This document shows positions 1 through 12,112 of a DNA stretch of 64,000 nucleotides, piece by piece. This DNA comes from Macrostomum hystrix (taxonomy: Eukaryota > Animalia > Platyhelminthes), in the NCBI GenBank assembly GCA_950097015.1, contig CATNEN010000015.1, positions 496,001 to 560,000 on the forward strand. The letters run 5' to 3'. The translations under genes were made by a program, and so were the position numbers. The first letter of the stretch is position 1, and each line of letters opens with the position of its first letter. The notes under the pieces were generated by a model. That model saw nothing but the letters and a program-made list of their open reading frames with translations, was not told the origin of the DNA and searched no databases.

Positions 1-347
1 ATTTCGGAGTTGTCTGTATGCTGCCGGGCTCTTGTGATGCAGTTGGATGGAACTGCATCATCACGTCACGTCATCCGGAGACCACCGAGACCAGCGACCT
101 GCGTAAAGTTTGCCACTGGACTCGACTAACAAGTAGTCGATCCGCAACAACGCTTCTGAAAGGCTGCTACTTCATTCTTGTATACTTTGACAATTGGCTC
201 TGCAGTTGCTTGATAGTTATATTCTGACTATAAGCTTTCTTCCGAAGTATAGTGATTACTCTATCTTAAAGTGCTGTATTATCTGTGTACTAAATAGCTT
301 TTATTGAAATTTTTGCAATTTCTTCCAAATTCGCTTCTAAATTTGAT

Positions 348-1022
348 TTGAAAATGGACTCTGGAACAGGCTCCGACTCAGACGAATCGTCAAGCAACTA
401 TTCTACCGCAGAAGAGGTCATTGATGAGTCTGAGGATGAAGAGATTGCCATGCCAGAGGGGCACGAGCAAGCAGGTGGATGGCACATGGTGTCCGTCAAT
501 CAAGATCATCGACCCTCGGATCTATCCGAGTTTCTATGTACAGCGGGGTTCCGGCCTGACTGGCACCTTCACCAACTGCTGATGGAAACGAAATTCAGAA
601 ATTTTTTCTGACTGATCAGCTTTTCGAAGACCTCAGCAGATGGACAAATTCGAAAGCTTGGCAGACCTTTCAAGAAGCCGAGACATTGGATGCCGTTCCA
701 AAGCAAGTGCTGGCAAAACTGCACTTTGGATGAAGCTCGAATGCTAGTATTATTTTGCTGATGTGCATCGACAAGAAGCCAGAAGTCGCGCATTGCTGGT
801 CAAACGACCGGCCTTTTATTTCCCCCTTCTGAGTCTCTGACCAAACCTCCCTCTCTCTCTCGACCGCTTTAAGCAGATTCTGGCCTGCCTACGATTTTAC
901 GACTGCTCGGAGGCTTTGGGTGCCGTTCGTGGGATGCAAATTTTAAATCTGGGATGCAAAAATTGTCTCGAACAGCTGTCAAATGCCGTTGCTGTGAAGT
1001 GGCGCTTAAAAGCGTCGAATAA
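348..1022 (+). pseudogene. Degenerate, internally deleted piggyBac (PGBD4-like) transposase relic
   Basis: Acidic N-terminus, then frameshifted piggyBac motifs FLTDQLFEDLSRWTN, MCIDKKPEVAHCWSND and LSLDRFKQILACLRFYD, joined almost directly to a C-terminal Cys-rich remnant TAVKCRCCEVAL (ends 1022). The DDD core is missing. Confidence 0.65.
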
Positions 1023-1870
1023 AAGTGCGTCCCGACTGTTAGAGATGGGCAGCGGCTGACGAAAATTGTCAGGCTGGAGTTTCGCTGCCACTAATTTAAA
1101 TCATAATTTGTTCGCCACATTTTTTCGCAGCAATGAGCTCTGGGTGCTGTGAGCAGGGCAATAAACTGGACCCGTTGCTACAACAGAGGGGATAGGCTAA
1201 AATAGCTCGAGAAATTAGCTGCTGGAACTCGCCGCGCCAATGCTTTACTGGAGTAGGCGATGAAAAATTTATTTCGCAAGTCGTTTGTCATCCATATCTG
1301 TGGCCCGGCCCAACCCCACTCCAGCTCGCTAAAAAATCGGCACCCGCTGTGACAGGACAAACAACAGCCCCTCTCGAAGGGTTTTGACCGGAGTCGAGTG
1401 ACCAGAGAGGGCTTTGTCGCGAGTTTTACACCTTTGAGTCCCCGCTCCGGCGCAACACCTTTTACGAACTGCCCCTCCTCATCTCCACGCAGCGGTGTTG
1501 CGGTGTTGAAGATGCTTCAAAACCTGTATTAGCTGACACAATGGCCTGATCCACAGGTGAGCACTCTCAGCTAAATTAATTACACTGTCAGCGGCCACTC
1601 TTCATTAGAAGACGCGCTGTGACACAATGAGGAGTGGGGCGAGTGAGGGCGTCAGTTTTTTGCATGGAAATAGCTAACTTTGGCCGAAGGCCGCTTTGTT
1701 AGCAGTCCCCCGGCTCACTCTTCTCAATTTAATTTCAATTCACTTCTGACGTCTTGGCGCGGCCGGGGCCGGATAAAAAAGGCTTTAAAAAGGCAACAGC
1801 AGGTGGGGCTAACTGTATCATAGGTCAAGACGCTCTCGTTCACTCTAAGCGCCACCTCAACCAGCAGTCT

Positions 1871-4800
1871 ATGGCAAACTTCACATTCTACATTGCGGCT
1901 ACGCTGTGCACTGTCCTCCTATGCTCAGGCGGTGCTCAAGCCGCTTGCAACCCGTCGGGATCCACGAGCAGCTCGCTGGTCAAGTTGGACACCGGACACT
2001 CGGGCACGGCTGGCACCAACTGCTTCTTCCCCTTTCTCTACAGCGGAACCACATACAATGACTGCGTCGGAGACACAGCCGCGTCCAACCCAATGACTAC
2101 GCCCTACTGCGACGGCACTGGCTACTGCAACTTCTGGTGCGCCACCACCTGCAACTACGGCACTGACAGCCAGTGGAACTACTGCAAGTTCAAGCTCAGC
2201 GACCTGTCCAGGACCAACTGCAGCAGCCTGGGCAGTGCGGCCACGTCAGCTGAGCCGCTGCTCTACGGTGGCAGCGGCAGCGGCACTGCCTGCTACTTCC
2301 CGTTCCTCTACAACGGGGTGTGCTACTACGACTGTCTCATCACCTCCTCGGAGCCGTGGTGCGCCACAACCGACGTAGCCCAGCTGGTCAGCACGAACTT
2401 CAAGTACTGCCGGTACACTCTGGCCGGGAAGAACGACGCGAGCTGCGCCTCGCTCAGCTCGAGCACGTCCTACTACATCCCGCCCCAGATTGGCAACTAC
2501 TCCATCTCCGGCGCCCTGCAGACCGATCAGTACGGTAACTGTACGTTTCCGTTCTACTACAAGCAAAAGTGCTACGACGATTGCACGACAGTTGACGCGT
2601 TTCGTTGGTACCTACCATGGTGCTCCACTGAGCAGTACTATCAACCCAACAGGAAGGCGAGAATCTGCCCGCACTACAGGAAGTACCGCACCTACACCGG
2701 CCTGGCCCTGAGCTGGGGCTTCTATCGCATCTATTTTAACGATGGCTGCGGCAGCGGAGGTACATTCTGCAACATGGCGCTCGCCCAGGCTGGTTCTGGC
2801 GTTCCTCTCGGCAACTTCAACTCGCCTCGCATGGTGCTGAGCTCGACCTCCTCCACCGTGTTCGAGGTGATGCCACAGGGCAACGGCTACTTCATTCTGC
2901 GCATTCCTCTGCCCTGCGCCACGAACTACATCGTCGTCACGACTGACGCCAGTGATGTCGTCTACGATCACATTTCAGTGGAGCGCGAGTTCTGGGACAT
3001 TAAGTCAACAGCGACGAGTGGAGTGTACACGATTCAAGCTTCATGGAATACTTCAAGTGGCTATTATATGACGAGGGGCACTTCAGGCGGCTTCGATGTG
3101 GCGAAGATCGTCAGCAGCCCGGTTTCGACTTGGCGCATTGAACAGCTGTCGAACACGGAGCTGGCCAGCCTATCCCTTCCCTGCGAAGACCCGATCACCA
3201 ACCTGAACGGGCAATGGTGCCCTTGGTCTAATTACACCTACAGCGGCACCGCCGCTACCCGAACTCGCACCTGCAACTGCCCAGCACCTGTGGGAACTGG
3301 CTCAACATGCCCTGGCAACAGCACCGAATCCGGCTCCACAGTGAACGGTACCTGGTGCTCGTGGAGCAGCTACTATGTGAGCGGTTCCTACGGTACGCGA
3401 ACCCGAGATTGCAACTGCAGTGCCCCAGCTTTTGGCGGCCTCGACTGCTCGGGCAGCGGAAACGACACAGGACTGGTGGCAAATGCGACCTGGTGCTCAT
3501 GGAGCAGCTTCACCATAATTGGCAGCTACGCCACCAGGACGCGCAATTGTTCCTGCCCAGAGGCAGCTTACGGTGGGACCACTACGTGCTCCGGATCAGC
3601 AAACGACACCGGCCTGACGGTGAATGGCACATGGTGCACCTGGAGCAGCTACACCGTCAGCGGTGCTTACGGAACCCGAACCAGGAGTTGCAACTGCAGC
3701 GCTCCTGCCTACGCAGGCCTCGACTGTCAGGGGAGCAGCAACGACACGGGATTGACTGCGAACGCTACTTGGTGCGCCTGGAGCAGCTACACTGTCTCTG
3801 GTGCCTACGCCACCAGACTGCGGACTTGCACCTGCCCTGCGGCCGATTACGGCGGCTCGAGTAGCTGTCCCGGCTCCGCAAACGACACGGGCCCGATTGT
3901 CAACGGCAGCTGGTGCGCCTGGAGCAGCTACACAGTTAATGGGGCCTACGGCACGAGAACTAGAGCCTGCAACTGCAGCGCACCGGCCTACACTGGCTTG
4001 GACTGTCCTGGCACAGGCAATGATACGGGACTGGTAGTAAACGGCACGTGGTGCTCCTGGAGCAGCTTCACAGTCACATCCGGCTTCGCCACCAGACTGC
4101 GCACATGCGCCTGCTCAACTGAGGCCTATGGGGGCGTCACTTGCCAGGGCTCCTCAAACGACACGGGCGCGGTAGTTGACGGCGTCTGGTGCGCTTGGAG
4201 CGCCTACACGGTGACAGCGGGCGTCGGCACCAGGTCGCGCAACTGCAGCTGCCCGAGCCCGGCCTACGCTGGCGCCAGCTGCTCTGGCAGCGCCACGGAC
4301 AGCTTGGCTCAGGTGAACGGCAGCTGGTGCGCCTGGACCAGCCTGACTAGCGGCTACGGCGTGCTCACAAGGTTGGTTTACCTGCCCTGCTTACTGTTGA
4401 ATGCTCAATCTGTCAAGCGTTCTCTTGAAATATAAAATTTTTATTTCCCCGCTACCCTTGACTAGAACTCGCGATTGCAACTGCCCGGCCTCGAACGTCG
4501 TGGGCTACAACTGCACGGGCGTCTCCAGCGAGGACTACCCGTGCAACGTGACGTCGTGCCAAACCACCACACCGTCCAAGGTGGACGGCGGCTGGTGCAG
4601 CTGGGGCAGCTGGGTGGCCGGCCTCGCTAACAGCGGCGTTATGTCGCGAAGCCGGTCCTGCGGCTGTCCCTCAGCTTCTGGCAGCGGCTCCGCCTGCTCG
4701 GGCTCGACCAGCGAGTACGCGACCTGCACGCTGACCGGCTGCAAGGTGTTCTACGCGGTGCCCGCCAGCGCCGGCACGACTGGCACCAGCTTCCTGACTT

Positions 4801-4919
4801 CGGACAACTTCAACCGGCTGATCATCTGGTGCTCCGTGGTGTCGGGCTGCATGCTCATCTCCTCCATTGTGGGTCTAGGGCTCATGTTCCGAGCGATCGC
4901 CAGGGCTGGTGGCGCCTGA
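1871..4919 (+). CDS. Type I membrane glycoprotein: signal peptide, 3 fibronectin type II domains, probable beta-trefoil, 10 TSP1-like repeats, C-terminal TM; exons 1871-4371, 4466-4919
   Basis: ATG 1871 with a hydrophobic leader (MANFTFYIAATLCTVLLCSGGAQA). Three CxFPFxY...WCxT...C motifs. Repeated WCxWS...TRxRxCxC units. The phase-2 GT(4372)-AG(4465) intron restores LTRTRDCNC. Hydrophobic LIIWCSVVSGCMLISSIVGLGLMF before TGA 4919. Confidence 0.85.
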
Positions 4920-5769
4920 CGGAAATTCGGGCTTTGGGAGACGGAAGTTTGACATGAAAAAGCGAACTTTAACATGCTGAATACGCGTGACTCAATTTTC
5001 TATCAAGTTTTTTGCGCTCTGCTGCCCTCCAGCTGCTATTTCAGCTATCGGCGGCGCTGTTTTCGTACTCAAAATGCACCAAAACTGTCTCCCTAATCAT
5101 CTTCGATCTTTCCGCAGGACCTCATTTTGAGCTTCTATTTTTTATCAGAGCAGCCTTTTCTGAGGCATATTTTTCAGTTTTTTTTTATTGTAAATTCCAT
5201 GCCTGCTTTTTTCTCGCTCGTTTAAACTTTTAAAACAAAAATTACTTGTACATCAAACAGAAAGTTGAACAACAGAGAGAAACATCTGACAGAATTTCTT
5301 ACTCACAATGTACAACATAATACCGGTAATTTCCAGTAAAAAACTTGCATTAAAATTATCGCAACTCTCCGTTTCGAGACGCCGTGGGTGACGGAACAAT
5401 TTTTATGTAGAAATCCGGTAAAAGTGCAGAACGCCTGTCTTGACTCAGAGCTATAAAATATATTAGCAGTCTAGTAAGGCGATGGGAGGAGACATTATTA
5501 TCCAACTTTTTGTGACAGATTCGCAACCGATTTAGGGGGCGCAGAGCCAATTCAATTCTGGATTGGGTCTCACAGTATACGGTTCTAAATAATTACTTAA
5601 AATACTTTCAGACTGCAATATAAACTTTTAACAATGCGCAGTAGATTTGGTCTCCATAAATATTGAGCATACGAGCTACTTGGCATCTGAGATGAGCGCT
5701 AAATGACAATCGCGGACACTTAATGCCACCCGGCTGATCTCCGCGACACTCGCCCGCCAGCTCCAGCTT

Positions 5770-6486
5770 ACACGCCTCGGCTGCTTCATGGATTTCGTGA
5801 GTAACGAGAGGGACCTCACCGGACTGAAGGACTTCGGCTTTACCTGGCTGGGCGAAGCGAGACTGCAGCAGGGGACAGACGAGAGCTCACGGGGAGTTTA
5901 TGGCTCTGCAGGCCACGCAGGGGCTCTTCTGCGACAGCTCCTACGGCAGGCAGGGCAGCGCTTCGGACGCCGACTGTCAGCCAGGCTGCGGCGGAAATCC
6001 CAGCCAGAAGTGTGGTGGAAGCTTTCGAAACAGCGTGCTGAAGCTGAGCTACGCCTTCAATGACAGTGAGCTGTGAACCGATTGGTTTCAATCGGGACCT
6101 TCAGGCTCATTGCAGCGAGAGTGCCAGACTGAGCCTGTGCGTATCAGGGAAAACACAGAATCAAAGGGAAAATTTATTGAAAGCCGATGACAGAAGTCGT
6201 GTCGAATGTACGTTTGTAGTTCAACGGGCTTCAATTAGTAGCGATTGCTCCAAAGTTACGAGGGTATTTTTGCCTCGTAAATGTCCACCTACAAAGTTTG
6301 TCCTCGGCAACCGCACCCTGGTCGGGATCAACAAGCCGGATGCGCCGGCCTTCCAGAGTGTCAAAGCTCATAAAGTTGACACTGAGTGCGCCTACCTGTG
6401 AGTAGGGCCTGTGTCACCTGCTGGAGTTCGCCGCCGTGGTGCCGACTGCTCTCGTCAGTGCCAGCAGCGGCGACTTCTTTGACTGA
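5770..6486 (+). pseudogene. Frameshifted WSC-domain (and possible PAN-domain) coding remnant
   Basis: One frame gives RLGCFMDFVSNERDLTG. A second frame gives FCDSSYGRQGSASDADCQPGCGGNPSQKCGGSFRNSV (WSC Cys pattern). Further frame changes lead into ECAYL../GLCHLL. No clean splice path found. Confidence 0.5.
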
Positions 6487-6653
6487 AACTCAATTGCGGA
6501 GCATCTGACAACTGAAAACTTTTATGAAATCCGGGTAGTTAGAGCAGATAGATTCTTTAATCTAACATTTTTAAACAGCTTTTTACAGAAAACTAGCCAT
6601 AAGCAGAAGTCTATCCTGACGACAGACTGAATGACGCCTTTGCTAACAACAGT

Positions 6654-6952
6654 TATATTTTTTCGATGCCAAATAATGAAGCTTGTCCAGTCCTGATAAT
6701 CTGAGCACTATTTTATATTTTTCGATGCCAAATAATGAAGCTTGTCCAGTCCTGATAATCTGAGCACTATTTTACATTTTTCGATGCCAAATAATGAAGC
6801 TTGTCCAGTCCTGATAATCTGAGCACTATTTTATATTTTTCGATGCCAAATAATGAAGCTTGTCCAGTCCTGATAATCTGAGCACTATTTTATATTTTTC
6901 GATGCCAAATAATGAAGCTTGTCCAGTCCTGATAATCTGAGCACTATTTTAT
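6654..6952. repeat. Minisatellite, 59-bp unit x ~5
   Basis: Unit TATATTTTTCGATGCCAAATAATGAAGCTTGTCCAGTCCTGATAATCTGAGCACTATTT repeated near-identically. Confidence 0.95.
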
Positions 6953-6969
6953 GTTTTAGTACACAAGGA

Positions 6970-7285
6970 GGTTGTAGCCTAGTGGTTAGAGCGTCCGGCT
7001 CACGACGTGAAGGTTGGGGGTTCGATTCCTAAGTCCGCTGGAAGAATTTGTGACCTTTGGCAAGATACTTAACTCTGAACTGCTTCAGTTCACCCTGCTT
7101 TAAATTCGAGAGCAGCATCAGCTAGGGTAATCGAGGGTGGGGCGTCCTCTCAGTCCATTGACTGAACAGCCGTACGCAGCCTTCAGATGCACCGCGCAAT
7201 CGCTGCGGCTGTGCTGTCGGCTGCACATCTGGCTCAATCGGGGCAGGTGCAATCAACTATCGTTATTGTTGTTAATAATGTAAAT
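6970..7285 (+). mobile_element. tRNA-derived SINE family 1 (CORE-like body), copy A
   Basis: Pol III box A TAGCCTAGTGG and box B GGTTCGATTCC, followed by TGTGACCTTTGGCAAGATACTTAAC (resembles the MIR/CORE domain). Homologous copies lie on the minus strand at ~30920-31217 and ~44735-45135. Confidence 0.75.
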
Positions 7286-8027
7286 TATGTACACTAATGA
7301 TGGATTGACGCATTATAGGAACCCGATAGCTTTTTCTTAAATTTTGACCATAGACATGTACGATTATTTACCTCACGCTTTTAGCTAATCTTGACATACA
7401 AGCTACGATTGTGCCATAGACTATTGTCGTTTGCGCCTTTTGCTGCAAGGTTATTCTGTACTGCAAGAGCCCGACCCATTTTTGTACTCCGCAGCTTACT
7501 GGCCGGCTCTCCTGCTCTCCCACTCTTCTCTCATTCCTGTGTGGCTTAGCTCCAACCCCTTTTTTTGTACCAATCGGCTCACACCTAGCCTTGCGTGCTG
7601 CCAGCCAGTCCTACCCCGTCCTGCGCACGGATTGGCTAGTGAGTTCTGCTGTCTGTCTCTCTCTTTCTTACCCCAAGCTCTCGCCCCGCCTGAACTGGAT
7701 TGTGTCTGAATTCCGGAAGATCAAACAAATTGGGACCCGCTAGCCCTAAAATACGGCCTGTTGCTGATTCTACGTACTATTTATTGCATTGGCGAGACTC
7801 GGAGAATAAAATTAGCTTCATCGAAGTACATAAAACGATGTACTTTATACTGGATATTGCTCGATAAGCAATGACAGGTGCAAGACACTTAACAGAAGCT
7901 TCATTTGAAATATCTGAAAAATGAGCGCAAGTATTCATGGTTACATTGGATTGATTAATGAGGATATTTGTCAAGATTATTGAATCACTCAGCAGGTATT
8001 TTACGAGCATTGAACTTTTAATTTCTG

Positions 8028-11000
8028 TTAGGTTATTAGAGGCGCCATCGAGTCTTTGTCAGCGCTGCCAGCGCCACCGCCGCTGCCTCCGCGGCGCAAC
8101 GATCCCGAGCGCTTCGCCGTCTCGCTGATCTCCATCATCTGGGGCAGCCGGCCCGACGAGCCTTCGGTCGAAGTTGGCGACGATGCCTGGTGCTGCAGCT
8201 GGTGCTGCTGATGCTGCTGGTGGCTGATGGTGGGGAACTGAAATGGCGCCGGGGGCAGCTCCGCTGTGCCCAGAGGTCCCGGACTGTTCGGCTGGCTCTG
8301 GCGTCGGTCCAGCTTGGAGTTACGGCGCAAGCCTGCGAGTGGGCATCGAGAGTGACAGACTTCTAGAGTGACAGGCATCAAGAGTGACAGGCATCAAGGG
8401 TGATAGACACCGAGAGTGACAGACATTTAGAGTGACAGGCATCAAGAGTGACAGAAATTGTAAGTGACAGACACCTAGAGTGACAGACATTGTAAGTGAC
8501 AGACATCTAGAGTGACAGACATTGTAAGTGTCAGACATCTAGAGTGACAGACATTGTAAGTGTCAGACATCTAGAGTGACAGACATTGTAATTGACAGAC
8601 ATTTAGAGTGACAGGCATCAAGAGTGACAGAAATTGTAAGTGTCAGACACCTAGAGTGACAGACATTGTAAGTGACAGACATCTAGAGTGAAAGGCATTT
8701 AGAGTGACAGACATTGCGAGTGACAGACACCGATAGTGAGAGACATCTAGAGTGATAGACATCTAGAGTGACAGGCATCTAGAGTGACAGGCACCGAGAG
8801 TGACAGACATTGACAGTATCAACAATTGCGGTCTAATTGAACGCGCAGCACAAATGGCCCCACCGATTCCGTGGCTGCTGCTGGTGCTGCCAATCGCTGA
8901 ATCGTTGCCAACCTTCGGCAAAGATTTCTGCCTGGACGCCCCCTTAGGCTTCGGACTGCTCGGCTCGCGTTCCAAGGTGCGAGTTGACGAGCCCAAGTTC
9001 GAGCCGCCGTCAACCTCATCACCTGGAGGAGTGGCGCTCTCTGGAATCTCGGGCAGCACTGTGACGTGCTGCTCCGGTGGCACCGTGAGGTTCGCGGTGG
9101 AGCCCAGCCATTCCTTCCTGGCGAACTTCCGAGTGGACTGCGTGTAGCCCAGCGTCGGGTCGTCGTTCTCCCACCAGGTGTCCTTGACCAGCGGCGGCTC
9201 CATGCGCTGCAGGCGGTCAACAGCGAACAGGCCGACCTTCAGGTTGCGGTCGATGATGAAGTTGCACTCGAAATCATCGTCATCCTCGCCAAGCGGGTTC
9301 ATCATTTGCTCCGCCACCTGAGGCGGGTTGGTTCGAAGTTCTCAGAAGCTTAAAAGTCCCGCTGCCGGTGTTGACAAAGCTGAGATTAGCCATAGCTGAA
9401 AATCAAAACTCACCTTGAGCCATCCCAGGTAGAAGAACAACTGCAGTAAAGTGTCGATTGGTACGTAGAGATCGATGGAGTGTTTGGCGGACACCTCCGG
9501 TCCAAAGTCTTCTCGCACGCTGGTGTCATTCAGATACTGCCGGGACACGACAGAGTTAAAGTACATGCCATAGACAGCAATCGTGGCAACCTGCGTGCAT
9601 TGGTGTTGGCGAAATGGTATTCCTAATTCTGGAAATGTCCCATTAAATTTGGCAACCTACCTGAGTGTAAACCAACGGCAGACTGATCCAGTCATAGAAG
9701 AAAATGGTGTACAGGCACGTCTTGTAGTTGCTGAGCTCCTGAAGCGATGGTTAGTAGAAAACGTCACATCTGCATCACTCTACTGATAGTAGGAAGTAGC
9801 AAATATCAGCTCACATTCAGCAGTACGGTCAGGGTGAAGTTGTCCTTGATTTTCTTTTCTCTGCGAGCCCGGCCGAACAGCATGGCGCACCACTCGGCTG
9901 GGATCCAGAACTTCGTGGACAGCTTGGGCACCTCGTCTGCGCAGTACAGTTCCATCTCCTTCTGGGTCATGAGGCCTGCGGCGGTTTTGGCAAGAGAATG
10001 GCTATTATTACACTGACACAAGATGAAATTCTGGGATCATCTAAAGGCTGCGCACCTTCGTCAACGAGGCACTCGACGGTGGGAAATCGCTTCTTGATCG
10101 GAGCGCTGACGGTCATGAGCAGCAGGACCTCGCACAGCAGCAGGTAGCGCACAATGGTCCTGCGCAACATCAAAGTCGCCTCGTCGACGCCTGGGATCAG
10201 AGTGCTGATGTAGGACATGAAACTGCGGGCAGAAATGTTCAAGCCAAGCATTTCGATTTCTGTTACAGTTACTGCTATTCATGAAAATTGTGGCTACTGT
10301 TGGACAGCTATGTGCAACTCTTGTTAGACAGGTGTGCCAAGTGTTAGACAGGTGTGCCAAGTGTTAGACAGGTGTGCCAAGTGTTAGACAGGTGTGCCAA
10401 GTGTTAGACAGGTGTGCCAAGTGTTAGACAGGTGTGCCAAGTGTTAGACAGGTGTGCCAAGTGTTAGACAGGTGTGCCAAGTGTTAGACAGGTGTGCCAA
10501 GTGTTAGACAGGTGTGCCAAGTGTTAGACAGGTGTGCCAAGTGCTAGACAGGTGTGCCAAGTGTTAGACAGGTGTGCCAAGTGTTAGACAGGTGTGCCAA
10601 GTGCTAGACAGGTGTGCCAAGTGTTAGACAGGTGTGCCAAGTGTTAGACAGGTGTGCCAAGTGTTAGACAGGTGTGCCAAGTGCTAGACAGGTGTGCCAA
10701 GTGTTAGACAGGTGTGCCAAGTGTTAGACAGGTGTGCCAAGTGTTAGACAGGTGTGCCAAGTGTTAGACAGGTGTGCCAAGTGTTAGACAGGTGTGCCAA
10801 GTGTTAGACAGGTGTGCCAAGTGTTAGACAGGTGTGCCAAGTGTTAGACAGGTGTGCCAAGTGTTAGATAGGTGTGCCAAGTGCTAGACAGGTGTGCCAA
10901 GTGTTAGACAGGTGTGCCAAGTGTTAGACAGGTGTGCCAAGTGCTAGACAGGTGTGCCAAGTGTTAGACAGGTGTGCCAAGTGTTAGACAGGTGTGCCAA

Positions 11001-12112
11001 GTGTTAGACAGGTGTGCCAAGTGTTAGACAGGTGTGCCAAGTGTTAGACAGGTGTGCCAAGTGTTAGACAGGTGTGCCAAGTGTTAGACAGGTGTGCCAA
11101 GTGCTAGACAGGTGTGCCAAGTGTTAGACAGGTGTGCCAAGTGTTAGACAGGTGTGCCAAGTGTTAGACAGGTGTGCCAAGTGTTAGACAGGTGTGCCAA
11201 GTGTTAGACAGGTGTGCCAAGTGCTAGACAGGTGTGCCAAGTGTTAGACAGGTGTGCCAAGTGTTAGACAGGTGTGCCAAGTGTTAGACAGGTGTGCCAA
11301 GTGTTAGACAGGTGTGCCACTCACCGGTCTGGCCACGGGATGTGCATAAACTGGGACCACCAACGCTGCACAACCACGCTGACGTAAAAGCCAAGCACGA
11401 AGGTGACAGGCAGGATGCTGTCGAAGGTGCTGCAGTAGACCACGACACTTTCAAACCATCTAAAAAAGGGTTGAGTGGCAGGGCGTTTGCCTCTCGCACC
11501 AAGGTCCCTGAGCTCGATTCCGCGGCGAGGCAACATTCATTTGGACGCAGCCGCGGAGAGAAGGCGTGGGGGCTTGTCGTGCAATTTTCGCCGTTGAGGG
11601 CCAACTTCTAAGGAACAGGGAGAGTGTACACTGCCTGACGATGAGAAAGTCAGGGCAGATGTACACACCTGTGTGAGCGTGTGCCTGCGTACGATATCGG
11701 TGTGTGTGTGCTTATGAGTCAGCGAAATGGGCAGAATTGCCTCTCGCTGGCTGCGGGTCTAGTGTCACCAAGTGATGTGTCATTGCCCGCAGCCGTCCAG
11801 CAGTTATCATTGTTGCTATATTATATTATATTATATTATATTGTTATATTAACCATCTAAAACCGGTGAATACGTTTGACAATCGTTGAAAGCTGAGTTA
11901 ATGAAAGCTGCAATCGGCAATCAGAGCTCTCACTTCTTCTGCTTGGTTTTCAAGGCGAACCGGTAGATGAGGCTGAGTGCGGCGTACAGCACACAGAACA
12001 GTGCCAGCTCCTTCACCACCAGCTTGTACACGGAGGCCTTCCAGATTTTCAACAGTCGCAGCAGGCCAAACAGCTTGACGCTGGTGACCCGATTGGAGTA
12101 AGTGTAAGTCAT
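8028..12112 (-). CDS. best: Bestrophin Ca2+-activated chloride channel, ~551 aa; exons 12112-11934, 11459-11325, 10222-10056, 9975-9815, 9738-9661, 9590-9414, 9317-8864, 8332-8028
   Basis: MTYTYS start, FVLGFYVSVVVQRWW, the RFP motif (KKRFPT), [35 protein letters not shown]. All 7 introns are GT-AG and in phase (1656 nt total). The last junction is the least certain. Confidence 0.93.
8345..8812. repeat. Degenerate 15-17-bp minisatellite in the last bestrophin intron
   Basis: Repeated AGAGTGACAG(A/G)CAT and GTAAGTGACAGACA units. Confidence 0.9.
10322..11320. repeat. Minisatellite, 20-bp unit x ~50 (bestrophin intron 2)
   Basis: GTGTTAGACAGGTGTGCCAA, almost perfect, with an occasional GTGCTAGAC variant. 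Confidence 0.98.
11475..11850 (+). mobile_element. tRNA-derived SINE family 2, copy in bestrophin intron 1
   Basis: Head with box B-like GCTCGATTCC, a body shared with copies at ~14965-15172, ~31950-32275 (minus) and 33585-33751/40007-40210, and an (ATATT)n tail. Confidence 0.75.

Noticed and set aside
1754-1870. N-terminal extension of the 893-aa ORF from a TTG start
   Set aside because: The signal peptide begins at ATG 1871; a TTG start is not expected in this eukaryotic context.
6970-7045. Functional tRNA gene
   Set aside because: Acceptor and anticodon stems pair poorly and the sequence continues into a dispersed SINE body.
10322-11320. Regular short repeats as a possible CRISPR array (also the 52-bp and 97-bp arrays)
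   Set aside because: No unique spacers, eukaryotic intronic context, and no cas genes.
11700-11760. Hammerhead-like motif in SINE family 2 (CTTATGA-G-TCAG-C-GAAA..GGCA GAAT TGCC-TC)
   Set aside because: The essential core CUGANGA is not intact in any copy (CTTATGA or CTCAGGA) and GAAA is mutated in two copies. At most a decayed relic.
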